DNA of 60,797 nt from an uncultured Clostridia bacterium (GTDB lineage: Bacteria; Bacillota; Clostridia; TANB77; CAG-508). The notes beneath the pieces are model-generated. The model was given only the letters and a program-made list of their open reading frames with translations, was not told the DNA's origin and made no database searches. Numbering within the stretch: position 1 is the stretch's first letter; every line of letters begins with the position of its first letter. The stretch covers positions 1-60,797 of the forward strand of contig CALYBE010000001.1 in the NCBI GenBank assembly GCA_944393735.1. The letters run 5' to 3'. Positions 37,645 to 50,200 of this stretch are shown one piece after another. Position numbers and translations under genes: made by a program.

Positions 37645-39006
37645 ATGGCAAAACCAAAAACAATATTTGTTTGCAGTGAATGTGGAAACGAATCTCCAAA
37701 ATGGCTAGGAAAATGTCCTGCATGCAACAGTTGGAACACATTCTACGAGCAAAAAATAGAAAAATACACAGAAGAAAACAAAGTTGAAAAGAAGATAAAT
37801 AACACGCCAAAACCACTAAATGAATATGTTGGGCAAGAAGCAAACAGAACATCAACAGGATATGCAGAATTAGATAGAGTATTAGGAGGAGGGCTAGTAA
37901 AAGGCTCACTAATATTATTAGGAGGAGAACCAGGAATAGGAAAATCAACTTTAATATTGCAATTATGTGAAAAAGTACAAGGAGAAGGAAAAGTTTTATA
38001 TGTATCTGGAGAAGAATCTGCAGAGCAAATAAAATTAAGAGCAGATAGACTAGGAGTAAAAAATGGAGACATACTATTTCTAGGTGAAACAGATATAGAC
38101 ATAGTAAAAGAAGCAATAGAAAAAACAAACCCAAAACTAGTAATAATAGATTCAATACAAACAATGTATTCTGATGAAATATCAGCAGCTGCTGGAAGTG
38201 TAAGTCAAGTAAGAGAAATAACATCTCAAATAATGAGAATATGTAAATCCCAGCAAATTACAACAATTATTATAGGACATGTAACAAAAGAAGGAAATAT
38301 AGCAGGACCAAGAGTATTAGAACACATGGTAGACACAGTTTTATATTTAGAAGGAGAAAGATACAACACATATAGAATATTAAGAGCAGTAAAAAACAGA
38401 TTTGGTTCAACAAACGAAATAGGAATGTTTGAAATGAAACAAGAAGGAATGTGTGAAGTATCGAATCCATCAGACATATTAATAACAGAAAGAGATGATA
38501 ATCCTTCAGGTTCATGTATAGTAGCAAGTATGGAAGGAACAAGACCAATACTTGTAGAAATGCAAGCACTAACAGCACAATCAGTATTTGGAATACCAAA
38601 AAGAACTGCAAACGGATTTGATTATAACAGATTAGCAGTATTAATTGCAGTAATTGAAAAATGTGCAGGATTAGCTTTAGGTACACAAGATGTATATTTA
38701 AATATAGCGGGAGGAATGAAACTAAATGAACCAGCAGTTGATTTAGGAATTATAGCAACAGTATCATCAGCATACAAAAATGTTCCAATTCCTCAAGACA
38801 CAGTTATAATGGGCGAAGTAGGATTAACAGGAGAAGTTAGAAGAATAAAAAAAAAAAAAAAAAGACTAAAAGAAGCAGAAAAATTGGGATTTAAAACATG
38901 TATAATTCCAGAAAATAATAAAAAAGGCTTGAAAGATGAATTCAAATTAGATATAATAGGTGTGAAAAATATAGGGGAAGCTTTGAAAAAGCTCGGAATA
39001 AAATAA
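37645..39006 (+). CDS. radA: DNA repair protein RadA/Sms
   Basis: N-terminal zinc finger CSECG...CPAC, Walker A GGEPGIGKST, KNRFG motif, and a Lon-like C-terminal domain. It contains an A17 run at 38847-38863. Confidence 0.95.
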   Translation: MAKPKTIFVCSECGNESPKWLGKCPACNSWNTFYEQKIEKYTEENKVEKKINNTPKPLNEYVGQEANRTSTGYAELDRVLGGGLVKGSLILLGGEPGIGKSTLILQLCEKVQGEGKVLYVSGEESAEQIKLRADRLGVKNGDILFLGETDIDIVKEAIEKTNPKLVIIDSIQTMYSDEISAAAGSVSQVREITSQIMRICKSQQITTIIIGHVTKEGNIAGPRVLEHMVDTVLYLEGERYNTYRILRAVKNRFGSTNEIGMFEMKQEGMCEVSNPSDILITERDDNPSGSCIVASMEGTRPILVEMQALTAQSVFGIPKRTANGFDYNRLAVLIAVIEKCAGLALGTQDVYLNIAGGMKLNEPAVDLGIIATVSSAYKNVPIPQDTVIMGEVGLTGEVRRIKKKKKRLKEAEKLGFKTCIIPENNKKGLKDEFKLDIIGVKNIGEALKKLGIK

Positions 39007-39072
39007 AAAATTATTTTACAGAAGAATACAAATAATAAGAGCTAAGCAAAAGGAAGGAATGAGAGCAAGGTG

Positions 39073-40140
39073 ATGACATTAAAAGAAGACCCAATAGCAG
39101 AAATATTGAAGAAAATTGCCCCAGGAACACCAATAAGAGATGGACTAGAAAATATATTAAAAGCAAGAACAGGAGCTTTATTGCTAATTACAGACAAACA
39201 AGAAGTAATAAATGAAATTGTTGATGGAGGCTTTAATATAAATGAAGAATACACTTCAGCCAGACTATATGAATTAGCCAAAATGGATGGTGCGATAGTA
39301 CTAAGTGGTGATATGAAAAGAATCTTATTTGCAAATGCACAACTAATACCATCATACCAAATACCAACAGTAGAAACAGGAACAAGGCACAGAACAGCAG
39401 AAAGAACAGCAAAACAAACTGGAGAATTAGTAATAAGCATATCACAAAGAAGAAATATCATAACAGTATTTAAAGGAAACTACAGATATGTATTAGAAGA
39501 TAGAGATATGGTACTAAACAAGGCAAATCAAGCAATACAAACATTAGAAAAGTACAGAAAAGTATATGATAGCAAACTAAGTATATTAACTGAATATGAA
39601 TTCAATGATATAGTAACTTTAGATAATGTACTAACAGTAATACAAAGAGCAGAAATGGTAATGAGAATTGTAGAAGAAATTCAAAAACAAATTTATGAAC
39701 TAGGAGAAGATGGCAGACTAGTAAATATGCAACTTGAAGAATTAATAGGAGGCTTAGAAAAAGAAGAAAGCCAATTAATAAAAGACTATGTAGTTGTTGA
39801 CAAGCCAGTAGAAGAAATACAAAAAGAATTATCTGATCTATTACATGAGGATTTAATAAAACCTTCTACAATTGCAAAAATATTAGGATATGAAAGTTTT
39901 GAAAATTTTGAAGAACTTGCAGTATATCCAAAAGGATATAGAATTTTAAATAAAGTACCGCGAATGCCAAGTAGTATAGTAGATAATTTAGTAAAATCAT
40001 TCAAATCATTTCAACACATATTAGTTGCAGAAATAAGCGACTTAGATAAGGTTGAAGGAATTGGAGAAGTAAGAGCAGGAGCAATAAAACAATATTTGAA
40101 AAAAATGCAAGAACAATTTGCATTCGAAAATTTAATATAA
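39073..40140 (+). CDS. disA: DNA integrity scanning protein DisA (diadenylate cyclase)
   Basis: DAC domain (DGAIVL, TRHRTAER) and a C-terminal HhH domain (VEGIGEVRA). It directly follows radA. Confidence 0.9.
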   Translation: MTLKEDPIAEILKKIAPGTPIRDGLENILKARTGALLLITDKQEVINEIVDGGFNINEEYTSARLYELAKMDGAIVLSGDMKRILFANAQLIPSYQIPTVETGTRHRTAERTAKQTGELVISISQRRNIITVFKGNYRYVLEDRDMVLNKANQAIQTLEKYRKVYDSKLSILTEYEFNDIVTLDNVLTVIQRAEMVMRIVEEIQKQIYELGEDGRLVNMQLEELIGGLEKEESQLIKDYVVVDKPVEEIQKELSDLLHEDLIKPSTIAKILGYESFENFEELAVYPKGYRILNKVPRMPSSIVDNLVKSFKSFQHILVAEISDLDKVEGIGEVRAGAIKQYLKKMQEQFAFENLI

Positions 40141-40196
40141 GGCTTAAAATAAAAAAATAACGAATTATTTAGCCTTGAAAGAAAGGAAAGAAAAAA

Positions 40197-41030
40197 ATGG
40201 GAAAAAAATCAAACATAATAACAATAATAGCATTAATAATAATTTTAGTATTGATAGGTGGACTTGCATATGGATATTACAGAAAAGCAACAATGGAAGT
40301 AAAAAATCCTATTGTAACAATGGAGGTTGAAAATTTTGGAACAATAAAATTAGAATTATATCCAGAAGAAGCACCACAAACAGTTTCAAACTTTATAGCA
40401 TTAGCAAACAATGGATTTTACGATGGATTAAAATTTCATAGAGTAGTAAAAGGGTTCATGATACAAGGTGGAGATAAAAATGGAGATGGAACAGGTTTTC
40501 CAAGTTTAAGTGATATTGAGCCAAACATCAGTGAAGATCAAGACAGAGAATATAACATTGTTGGGGAATTTTTAGCAAATGGATATGACAACACAATAAA
40601 ACACAAAGAAGGTGTAATATCTATGGCAAGAGCAGATTATACATCTTATTCTTCAACATTAACAACACAAAGTTATAACTCAGCAGGTTCACAATTTTTC
40701 ATTATGACTGAAGATAATAACTCACTAGATGGAAGTTATGCAGCATTTGGTAAAGTAATAGAAGGAATGGATGTTGTACATGCAATTGAATCTGTTGATG
40801 TAAAAGAAGCTGAAACTTCTGACTCAACAGAAGAAGCAACAGAGGAAACTGCTGAAGAAACAACAGAAGAAACAGAAAAAAGTACACCAGTTGAAGATGT
40901 TATAATTTCAAAAGTTACAGTAGAAACTTATGGAATAGATTATGGATTACCAGAAACATTAGAAACATGGGATTACTATGATTGGGTATACCAAACATAT
41001 GGAATTGACTTAAGATCATATCAACAATAA
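40197..41030 (+). CDS. Membrane-anchored cyclophilin-type peptidyl-prolyl isomerase with an acidic Glu/Thr-rich insert
   Basis: N-terminal TM anchor. FHRV..GFMIQGGD, GSQFFI. Acidic stretch EAETSDSTEEATEETAEETTEETEK before the last strand. Confidence 0.85.
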   Translation: MGKKSNIITIIALIIILVLIGGLAYGYYRKATMEVKNPIVTMEVENFGTIKLELYPEEAPQTVSNFIALANNGFYDGLKFHRVVKGFMIQGGDKNGDGTGFPSLSDIEPNISEDQDREYNIVGEFLANGYDNTIKHKEGVISMARADYTSYSSTLTTQSYNSAGSQFFIMTEDNNSLDGSYAAFGKVIEGMDVVHAIESVDVKEAETSDSTEEATEETAEETTEETEKSTPVEDVIISKVTVETYGIDYGLPETLETWDYYDWVYQTYGIDLRSYQQ

Positions 41031-41142
41031 AATTTTTCATGATACAAACAAAATACTCACAACTTGACACAAAACTTAATATAATATTGTTTTGAACTAT
41101 TTAAGGTTTATGGCTGAATATCAGCTATCATATTTTTAAAGT

Positions 41143-41188
41143 TAATTCATATAATGATTTGCATATTTGCAAATCATTATATGAATTA
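41143..41188. promoter_or_regulatory. Perfect 21-bp inverted repeat (4-nt loop) upstream of the NRPS gene
   Basis: TAATTCATATAATGATTTGCA tatt TGCAAATCATTATATGAATTA. It lies 48 nt before the NRPS start codon. Confidence 0.5.
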
Positions 41189-41235
41189 TAACTAAAATAA
41201 AAAACTGAAAATAATGAAAAGGATGTAGTAAATAA

Positions 41236-44200
41236 ATGAAAGAATTAACAAACCCACAGAAATCAATATGGGTAACAGAGCAATATTACAAAGGAAGTTC
41301 TGTTAATAATATATGTGGAACTGCAGTAATAGATGAAAATGTTGATTTCGATAAATTAGAAAAATCTATAGAAATTGTATGTCAAAAACACGATAATTTT
41401 AAATTGAAATTTAAAATAATAAATGGGGAAGTAAAACAGGTATTATCTGAGTCAAAAAAGGTAAAGGTAGATACTATTAAAGTCGAGGGCTTAAAAGAGT
41501 TAGAAAAATATAGAGAAAAAATTGTAAAAACGCCATTTAATTTAGAAAATTCTGAAATCTTTAAATTTTATATCTTTAAATTTGAAAATGGTAAAGGAGC
41601 TTTTATGCTCAATGTACACCATTTAATTTCTGACGCATGGACACTTGCGTTCATTTGTAATGAAATCATAAAAACTTATTCAGCACTAAAACAAAATAAA
41701 GAAATCGAAACAAAGGCTATATATTCATATATAGACTATATTGAATCTGAAAAAGAATATCAAAAAAGTGAAAAATATCAAAGAGACAAAAAATATTGGG
41801 AAGAAAAATTCCAAACAATACCAGAAGTAGCAACAATACCTGGAAGCAAAAAAGGAAATATAGACTTAAATGATGCAACAGGAGAAAGAAAGCAATTTAC
41901 ATTAGAAAAAAATAAAGTAGAAAAAATAAAAAAATACTGTAAAATAAACCGAATCTCATTATACAACTTTTTTATGGCTGTATATGCAATATATATATCT
42001 GAGATTTCAAATTTAGAAGAATTCGTAATAGGAACACCAATACTTAACAGAACAAATTTCAAAGAAAAAAATGCAGCAGGAATGTTTATAAATATGGAGC
42101 CATTACGAATTAACTTAAATGGAATAAAAGACTTTAAAACATTTATAAAAAATATTGCAGAAGATTCTATGCAAATGCTTAAACATCAAAAATATTCATA
42201 TCAATGCCTATTAGAGAATTTAAGAGAAAAAAATAAGGAATTACCAAACTTATATAATATTTTAATTTCATATCAAATAACAAATGCCCAGACAAATGAA
42301 GCGGGAATAAAATATAGAACAGAATGGACATTTAATGGTTGTTGTGCGGAAAATATGGATATTCAAATATTTGACTTAAATGATACAGGAAGTTTAAATA
42401 TAGCTTATGACTATAAAACAAGCATTTATGAAGGTAGTGATATAGAAAAACTTCATAAAAGAATAGTAAATATAATTTTACAAGTAATACAAAGAGAAAA
42501 TATAGAAATAAAAGATATAGAAATAATTACATCAACCGAAAAGAAAAAATTATTATTAGATTTTAATCAAACATATTTAGAATATGACACAGAAAAACCA
42601 ATTATTAAATATTTTGAAGAACAAGTAGAAAAAACGCCAAACAATATAGCTATAGTATTTGAAAATAAAGTATTAACATATAGAGAATTAAACCAAAGAG
42701 CCAATAGTTTAGGAGCATATTTAAGAGGAAATGGTGTAGCAAATGACACAATAGTAGGAATAATGCAAGAACGTTCTGCAGAAGTATTAATAGCAATTCT
42801 TGCAGTATTAAAAGCAGGAGGAGCATATATTCCAATAGATCCAAGCTATCCAGACGACAGAATTGAATATATGTTAGAAGACAGTAATGCTGAATTTTTA
42901 TTAACAGATGAAAAGCAAAAACAAAGAATAAAAACTGATAAGAAAGTAATAAATATAAAATTAAATAATAAAGAAATTTATGGAAAAAATGAAGAGAACT
43001 TTGAAAATATTTCAGAGCCAGAAGATTTATCATATTTAATATATACATCTGGTTCAACAGGAACACCAAAAGGTGTAATGCTAACACAGCAAAATTTAAG
43101 TAATTTTTATTATGCAATGATTGAAAATATAGAATATTTAAAAGACGAAAAACCACATAAAATAATCTCTATAACAACTGTTTCATTTGACATATTTGAA
43201 TTTGAAACATTAATTTCATTAACAAGAGGATTAACTGTATACATGACAAATGAAAATGAGCAGAAAATAACAGCAGAACTAGAAAAAACAATAAAAGAAA
43301 ATCAAATAGAAATTATTCAAACAACACCTTCAGTAATGAAATTCCATTTAGATAATAATATAAATGAAGAAAATTTAAAAAGCTTAAAATATATAATGCT
43401 TGCAGGTGAGCAATTACCAAGAACACTTGTAAATAACTTAGTAAGAATTATTCCAGAAGTAACAATATATAATGGATATGGACCATCTGAAACTACAATT
43501 TTCTCTAGTACAAAAAAAGTTAAAGATAAAGAAAAAGTCACAATTGGAAGGCCAATAGCAAATACTCAAATATACATATTAAACACAAACAAAAAACTAT
43601 TGCCACAAGGTACCATTGGAGAAATGTATATTTCAGGTGATGGAGTTGGAAGAGGCTACATGAATAAAAAAGAACAAACTGAAAGTAGTTTTATTTCAAA
43701 CCCATTTATTCCAGGAACTATAATGTATAAAACAGGAGATTTAGGAGCTTTTGATGAAAAAGGAGAAATTACATGTTATGGAAGAATTGACAACCAAGTA
43801 AAAATAAGAGGATTAAGAATAGAACTTTCAGAAATAGAAAGACAGATGCAATCTATATATAATGTTGCTGATTGTGTTGTAATAAAAAAACAAGTAAATG
43901 GTAGAGAGGCATTATGTGCATATTATACTCAAAATGGACAAGTTGATGAAAGTGTTATAAAAACAGTACTACAATCTAAATTACCACAATATATGGTACC
44001 TCAATATTTTATTAGGCTACATCAAATGCCACACACACCAAATGGGAAAATAGATAGAAAAGCTTTGCCTGACCCAGAAATAAAAGAAACTAATAAAAAA
44101 ATAATAAAACCAAGAAATGAAATAGATGAAGAATTAATAAAGATAATAGAAAATATGTTTAATGTAGAACACATTAGCTTAACAGATACAATATTTGACT

Positions 44201-47200
44201 TAGGTGGAGATTCATTAACAGCAATATCATTATTGACTAAAATAGCTTCAAAATTTAATGTTCAGCTACATCTAAAAGATATATTATCAAATAACACTAT
44301 ACAAGATATTTCAGATTGTATAAAAGTAAGTAAAGAAATAGGAAATGACAAAATAAAAATTTATCCAGCACCTAAACAGGAAGTATATCCATTATCAACA
44401 GCTCAAAAAAGAATTTATTATCATGCAAAAATGATAGGAGAAAACAATACTGTTTACAATATGCCTGGAGGTATTTTAGTTGATGGACTTTTAGATGAAA
44501 ACAAGATAAAAGCAGTACTACAAAAAATAATAGAAAGGCATGAAACACTTAGAACAGCATTTATTTTGCAAGATGAATATATTGTTCAAAAAGTAGATGA
44601 TGATATTGAAATAGAAATACCTGTATATAAAGAAGCGGAGAAAGATTTAAAAAAAATATTGAACCATTTCTCAAAACCATTTAAATTAGAAAATGAACCA
44701 TTAATAAGAGCAGAAATTCATTATTTAGATAATAAGAAAACATTATTATTAATAGATGCACATCATATAATAATGGATGGAACTTCTTTAAATAACTTGA
44801 TTATAGAATTTAACAGAATTTATAATGGAGATAATTTAAAGAAACTTCCAATCCAATATAAAGATTATGCAGTATGGGAAAACAACTTTAATAAAGGTGA
44901 AAAAATAAAAGAAGATGAAAAATATTGGCTAAATAAATTTAAAAATACTAAATTTACCCAATTAAATTTGCCATATGATTATAAAATACCAGCATATAGA
45001 AGTTATAAAGGGGATAAAATAACAAAAGTACTAGAAGAAAAAGAATTTAGAAAAATAGAGAGATATGCAAAAAAAATAGGAGTATCACCATATATATTCT
45101 TTATATCGACATTTTTGGTATTATTATATAAATATACAGGACAAGAAGAAATAATATTAGGAACTCCAATTGCAAACAGAGACATAAATGAAACAAAAAG
45201 AATAATAGGAATGTTTGTAAACAACATCGTAATTGACGGAAAAATCAATCCAGAAGAAACATTTCAAGACTTTTTAAACAAAATGAAAGACCAAATTTTA
45301 AATGATTTATCAAACCAACCATATCCATTTGATATGTTGTTAAAAAAACTAGGTATACAAACAGATAATTCTAGAAACCCACTATTTGACATAATGTTTA
45401 CATATCAAAATAAAGAGGAACGTACAGTAAAAATTGATGACAAAGAATGTGAAGTAATAGAATTATATAACCATATAGCAAAATTTAATTTAAGTTTAGA
45501 AATAAAGCCTCAAATACATACAATTAATCTAGAATATTGTACAGACTTGTTTAAGATGCAAACTATTGAAAGAATGTTTGAACATTATATGAATGTTATT
45601 GACCGCATTATGTTAGACAGTAATATAAAAATAAAAGATATTGAAATCATTTCTGCAAAAGAAAAAAATAAAATACTTAATGAATTTAATGCTACAAAAT
45701 TAGAATATTCAAAAGACAGAACAGTTATAGATTTTTTTGAAGAACAAGTTCAAAAAAATCCAAATAAAATTGCGGTAGTATTTGAGGATAAAAAAATAAC
45801 ATATAAAGAGATAAACGAAAAAGCAAATCAAATAGCAAAATACATAAGAGATAGAGGAATAAAACAAAATGATATTGTTGGAATAATGATGTTAAGGTCA
45901 ATAGAACTTTTAAGCTCTATTATAGGTGTATTAAAAGCTGGAGCTTGTTATGTACCTATAGACCCAACATATCCTCAAGATAGAATAGAGTATATGCTAA
46001 AAGATAGTGATGCAAAACTTCTTATAGCTAACCATGAATTATTAAATAACATAAAATATGACAATAAAATATTTGCAGATTATGATAATACAGAAATATA
46101 TTCACAAGATATTGAAAATTTCAAAAAATATACTAAGGCTGAAAATCTAGCATATGTAATTTATACTTCTGGTTCTACAGGAAAACCTAAAGGAGTGAAA
46201 ATTACTAATCAAAATTTATATAATTTCATAATAGGAATGAAACAAATTATAGATCTAGATGAGAACAAAGTCATGTTATCTGTTACAACAATATGTTTTG
46301 ATATATTTGGATTAGAATTATGGGGCTCATTGACTTCTGGTTTAACTTTAGTTTTGGCAAATGAAAATGAACAAAATACACCAATATTAATGAATAAATT
46401 ATGTCTAAAAAATAAAGTTAATATTATGCAAACAACACCATCTAGATATTCGCTAATATTTGAAGACCAAGAAAATTTAGCTTTTTTAAATAATATGACT
46501 GATATATTAGTCGGAGGAGAACCTTTAGATGAAAGAGTATTTATAGAATTACAAAAAAATTCTAATGCAAAAATATTTAATATGTATGGACCTACAGAAA
46601 CAACAATATGGTCAACAGCAAAGGACTTAACAAATGAAAAAGAGATAACAATAGGAAAACCTATAGCAAATACACAAGTTTATGTGTTAGACGAAAATTT
46701 AAAAGTAGTACCAATAGGAATTGCGGGAGGATTGTATATTTCAGGAGATGGAGTAGGACAAGGATATTTAAATAGGGAAGATATTACAAAAGAAAGATAT
46801 ATAGAAAATCCATATTTAAAAGGCAATATAATGTATAAAACAGGAGACATTTGTAAATTTAATGAAGAAGGAGAACTATATTGTTTTGGAAGAATAGATA
46901 ATCAAGTAAAAATAAGAGGATTAAGAGTTGAATTAGATGAAATAGAAAAAGTAATAATGCAATTTCCAAATATAAAAAAGTCAAAAGTTGTAAAACAAAT
47001 TGTAAATAATAAAGAAGTAATATGTGCATATTACGTTTCAAATGGAAAAATTAAAATATCAGAATTAAGAAATCACTTATATAAATATTTACCAAATTAT
47101 ATGGTACCTTCTTATTTTACAGAATTAGAAGAATTTCCATATACACCAAATGGAAAAATAGACTCAAAAGCATTAATTCCAAATGTAGATAATATGGAAA

Positions 47201-50200
47201 GAGAAAAAGAAATAATTAAACCGATAAATCCAAAACAGCAAATAATATACGATATTTTTAAAAAAGTATTAAAATTAAAAGAAATAAGCATAGACGATAA
47301 TTTCTTTGAATATGGAGGAGATTCAATTACAGCATTGATGGTACAAGCGCAAATGGCTAAGGAAAATTTAAGTATAACGTATAGTGATATATTCAAATAT
47401 CCTACAGTTAGAAAATTATCAGAACAAGTAAAAAATAATACAGAAGTTTTAAAAATAAAAAAAGCAAAAGAAGCAGAATATTATCCAACATCATCTGCTC
47501 AAAAAAGAGTATATTTAACTAGTAATATAGACAAAAATTTGAATTTATATAACATTACAGGTGGTCTAATAATTGATGATGTATTTGACTCAAAAAAACT
47601 TCAAGAAGCAGTTAATAAAGTTGTTGATAGGCAAGAAGTGTTAAGAACATATTTTGATATTACAGAAAATGGTGAAATAGTACAAAAAATAGCAAAAAAC
47701 TTGAAAGTCGAAATAAAAGAAGTAGAAGAAAAAACAAATAATATAGATGAAATCTTTTATAAATATCAAAAACCATTTGACTTAAATAAACCACCACTAT
47801 TAAGAATATATTTAATAAAATTACCAAATAAAAAATATTTACTTATGCTAGATGTTCATCATATAATATTGGATGGCGGATCATTAAAAATATTTTTAAA
47901 TGAAGTTATAAGCTTGTATAAAGGAGAAGAGTTAGAAGATTTACAAATTAATTATAAGGACTTTGCTGTATGGGAAAATGAGCAATTAGAAAACAATAAT
48001 TTTGAAAAAAGTAAAGAATTTTGGAAGAAACAATTTGAAAATGAAATTCCTATATTGAATATGCCAACAACATATGCTAGACCTGTAAAAAGAGATTATA
48101 AAGGAGAATGTTATATAAAAATTATTCCAAAAGAAACAACTGAAAAAATAGAAAAACTAACTCAAAATAATAATATGACGCCTTATATGATAATGCTTTC
48201 AGCATATTATATCTTATTATATAAATATACTGGACAAGATGATATTATTGTTGGAACACCTGTATCAGGAAGAATATGTCATGAGCTAGAACCATTGTTA
48301 GGAATGTTTGCTAATAGCTTACCTTTGAGACAGCAATTATCATCAAATGATAGAGTTATGCAATTCTTAAATAAAGTAAAGGAACATTGTGTTGAGTGTT
48401 TTTCACATCAGGAATATCCATTTGATGTTTTGATAAAAGAATTAGATATACCAAGAGATACAAACAGAAATCCTTTATTTGATACAATGTTTGCTTATCA
48501 AAATAATGGAGTTGAAAATACTAAATTATATGAAATTTCAGCAGAATATTATGTACCAAAATCAAAAACATCTAAATTTGATATATCTTTAGAGGTTGTA
48601 CCATTAGAAAATAGTATGAAACTTTCTTTTGAATATTGGACAGGACTGTTTGATAACAAATTTATTAGTAGATTTGCCGAGCACTATTTAAATATATTGA
48701 ATTCTATAATTGAAAATCCTGAGATAGAAATAAAATATGTCTCTATGTTAGATGACGACGAAAAAAACAAAATTATATATGAATTTAATGATAATAAATT
48801 AGATTATCCAAAAGATAAAAATATAGCAGACTTATTTGAAGAACAGACTTCTACAAACAAAAATACTATAGCAGTAAAATACAATAATATGGAAATAACT
48901 TATCAAGAACTTGATGAAAAATCAAATCATATAGCAAATATACTAAATCAAAAGGGAATTAAAACAGGAGATGTTGTAGGAGTAAATTTAAATAGAAGTA
49001 TAGAACTTATAATATCAATTTTAGGTATTTTAAAAATTGGTGCAATATATATGCCACTTTATACAGAATATCCTAAAGAAAGATTAGAATTCATGTTGCA
49101 AGATAGTAATGCCAAGTTAATGATTTGTAAACATGATAATAATCTAAAATTTATGGGAATAAAAGAAATAATGGCAGATTATAAAGATATAGAAAAAGAA
49201 AAACAAGTTTTATATAAAAATACAATTTTGCCAGAGGAGATTGCTTATATAATATATACTTCGGGTTCAACAGGAAAACCAAAAGGAGTACAAATAAGAC
49301 ATGAAAATTTAATAAATTTTATATATGCCTTTAAAGAATACTATCAAAATAAAATTAATAATAAAGATAAATTTTTAGCATCTACAAATATTTCATTTGA
49401 TGTAAGTATATGGGAAATATTTTTGCCACTATTAAGTGGGGCAACATTAGTATTATACGAAGAAGAAACAATAAAAGATATATATAAATACTCAGAAGCT
49501 ATAATAGAAAATAAAATTACTGGAATATATATACCACCTAATATTTTAGAAGAAGTGTATAATATCATTAAAGAAAGAAAGAAAGATATAAAAATTGATA
49601 AAATGTTAGTTGGAGTTGAGCCAATAAGAAAAACTGTTTTAAATAAATTTTATAATCTAAATGAAAAAATGATTATAATAAATGGATATGGACCTACTGA
49701 AACAACAATATGTTGTACAGCTTTAGAATATGAAAAGGCGACAGAAGAAGGAATAGTATCAATAGGAAGACCATTGAAAAATGATCATATATATATATTA
49801 AGCAAGGATAAAAATATTCAACCAATAGGAGTAGATGGTGAAATATATGTAACTGGATGTGGTGTAGGAAGTGGATACATAAACAGAGAAGAAGAGAACA
49901 GAAAAAACTTCTTGCCAAATACATTTGACAAAAATAGCAAAATGATGTATAAAACAGGAGATATAGCAAGATGGAATGAAGATGGAACTATTAGCTTTAA
50001 AGGAAGAAATGATAACCAAGTAAAATTTTCTGGACACAGGATAGAGCTAAATGAGATAACTCATGCTATAATGGAATACCCTAGCATAATAAAAGCATAT
50101 ACAGATATTAAGAAAAAAGGAGACATAAATTACATAGTTTCTTATTATATTTCAGAAAAAGAAATTCCAACAACAGATTTGAAGATATTTTTAAAAGAAA

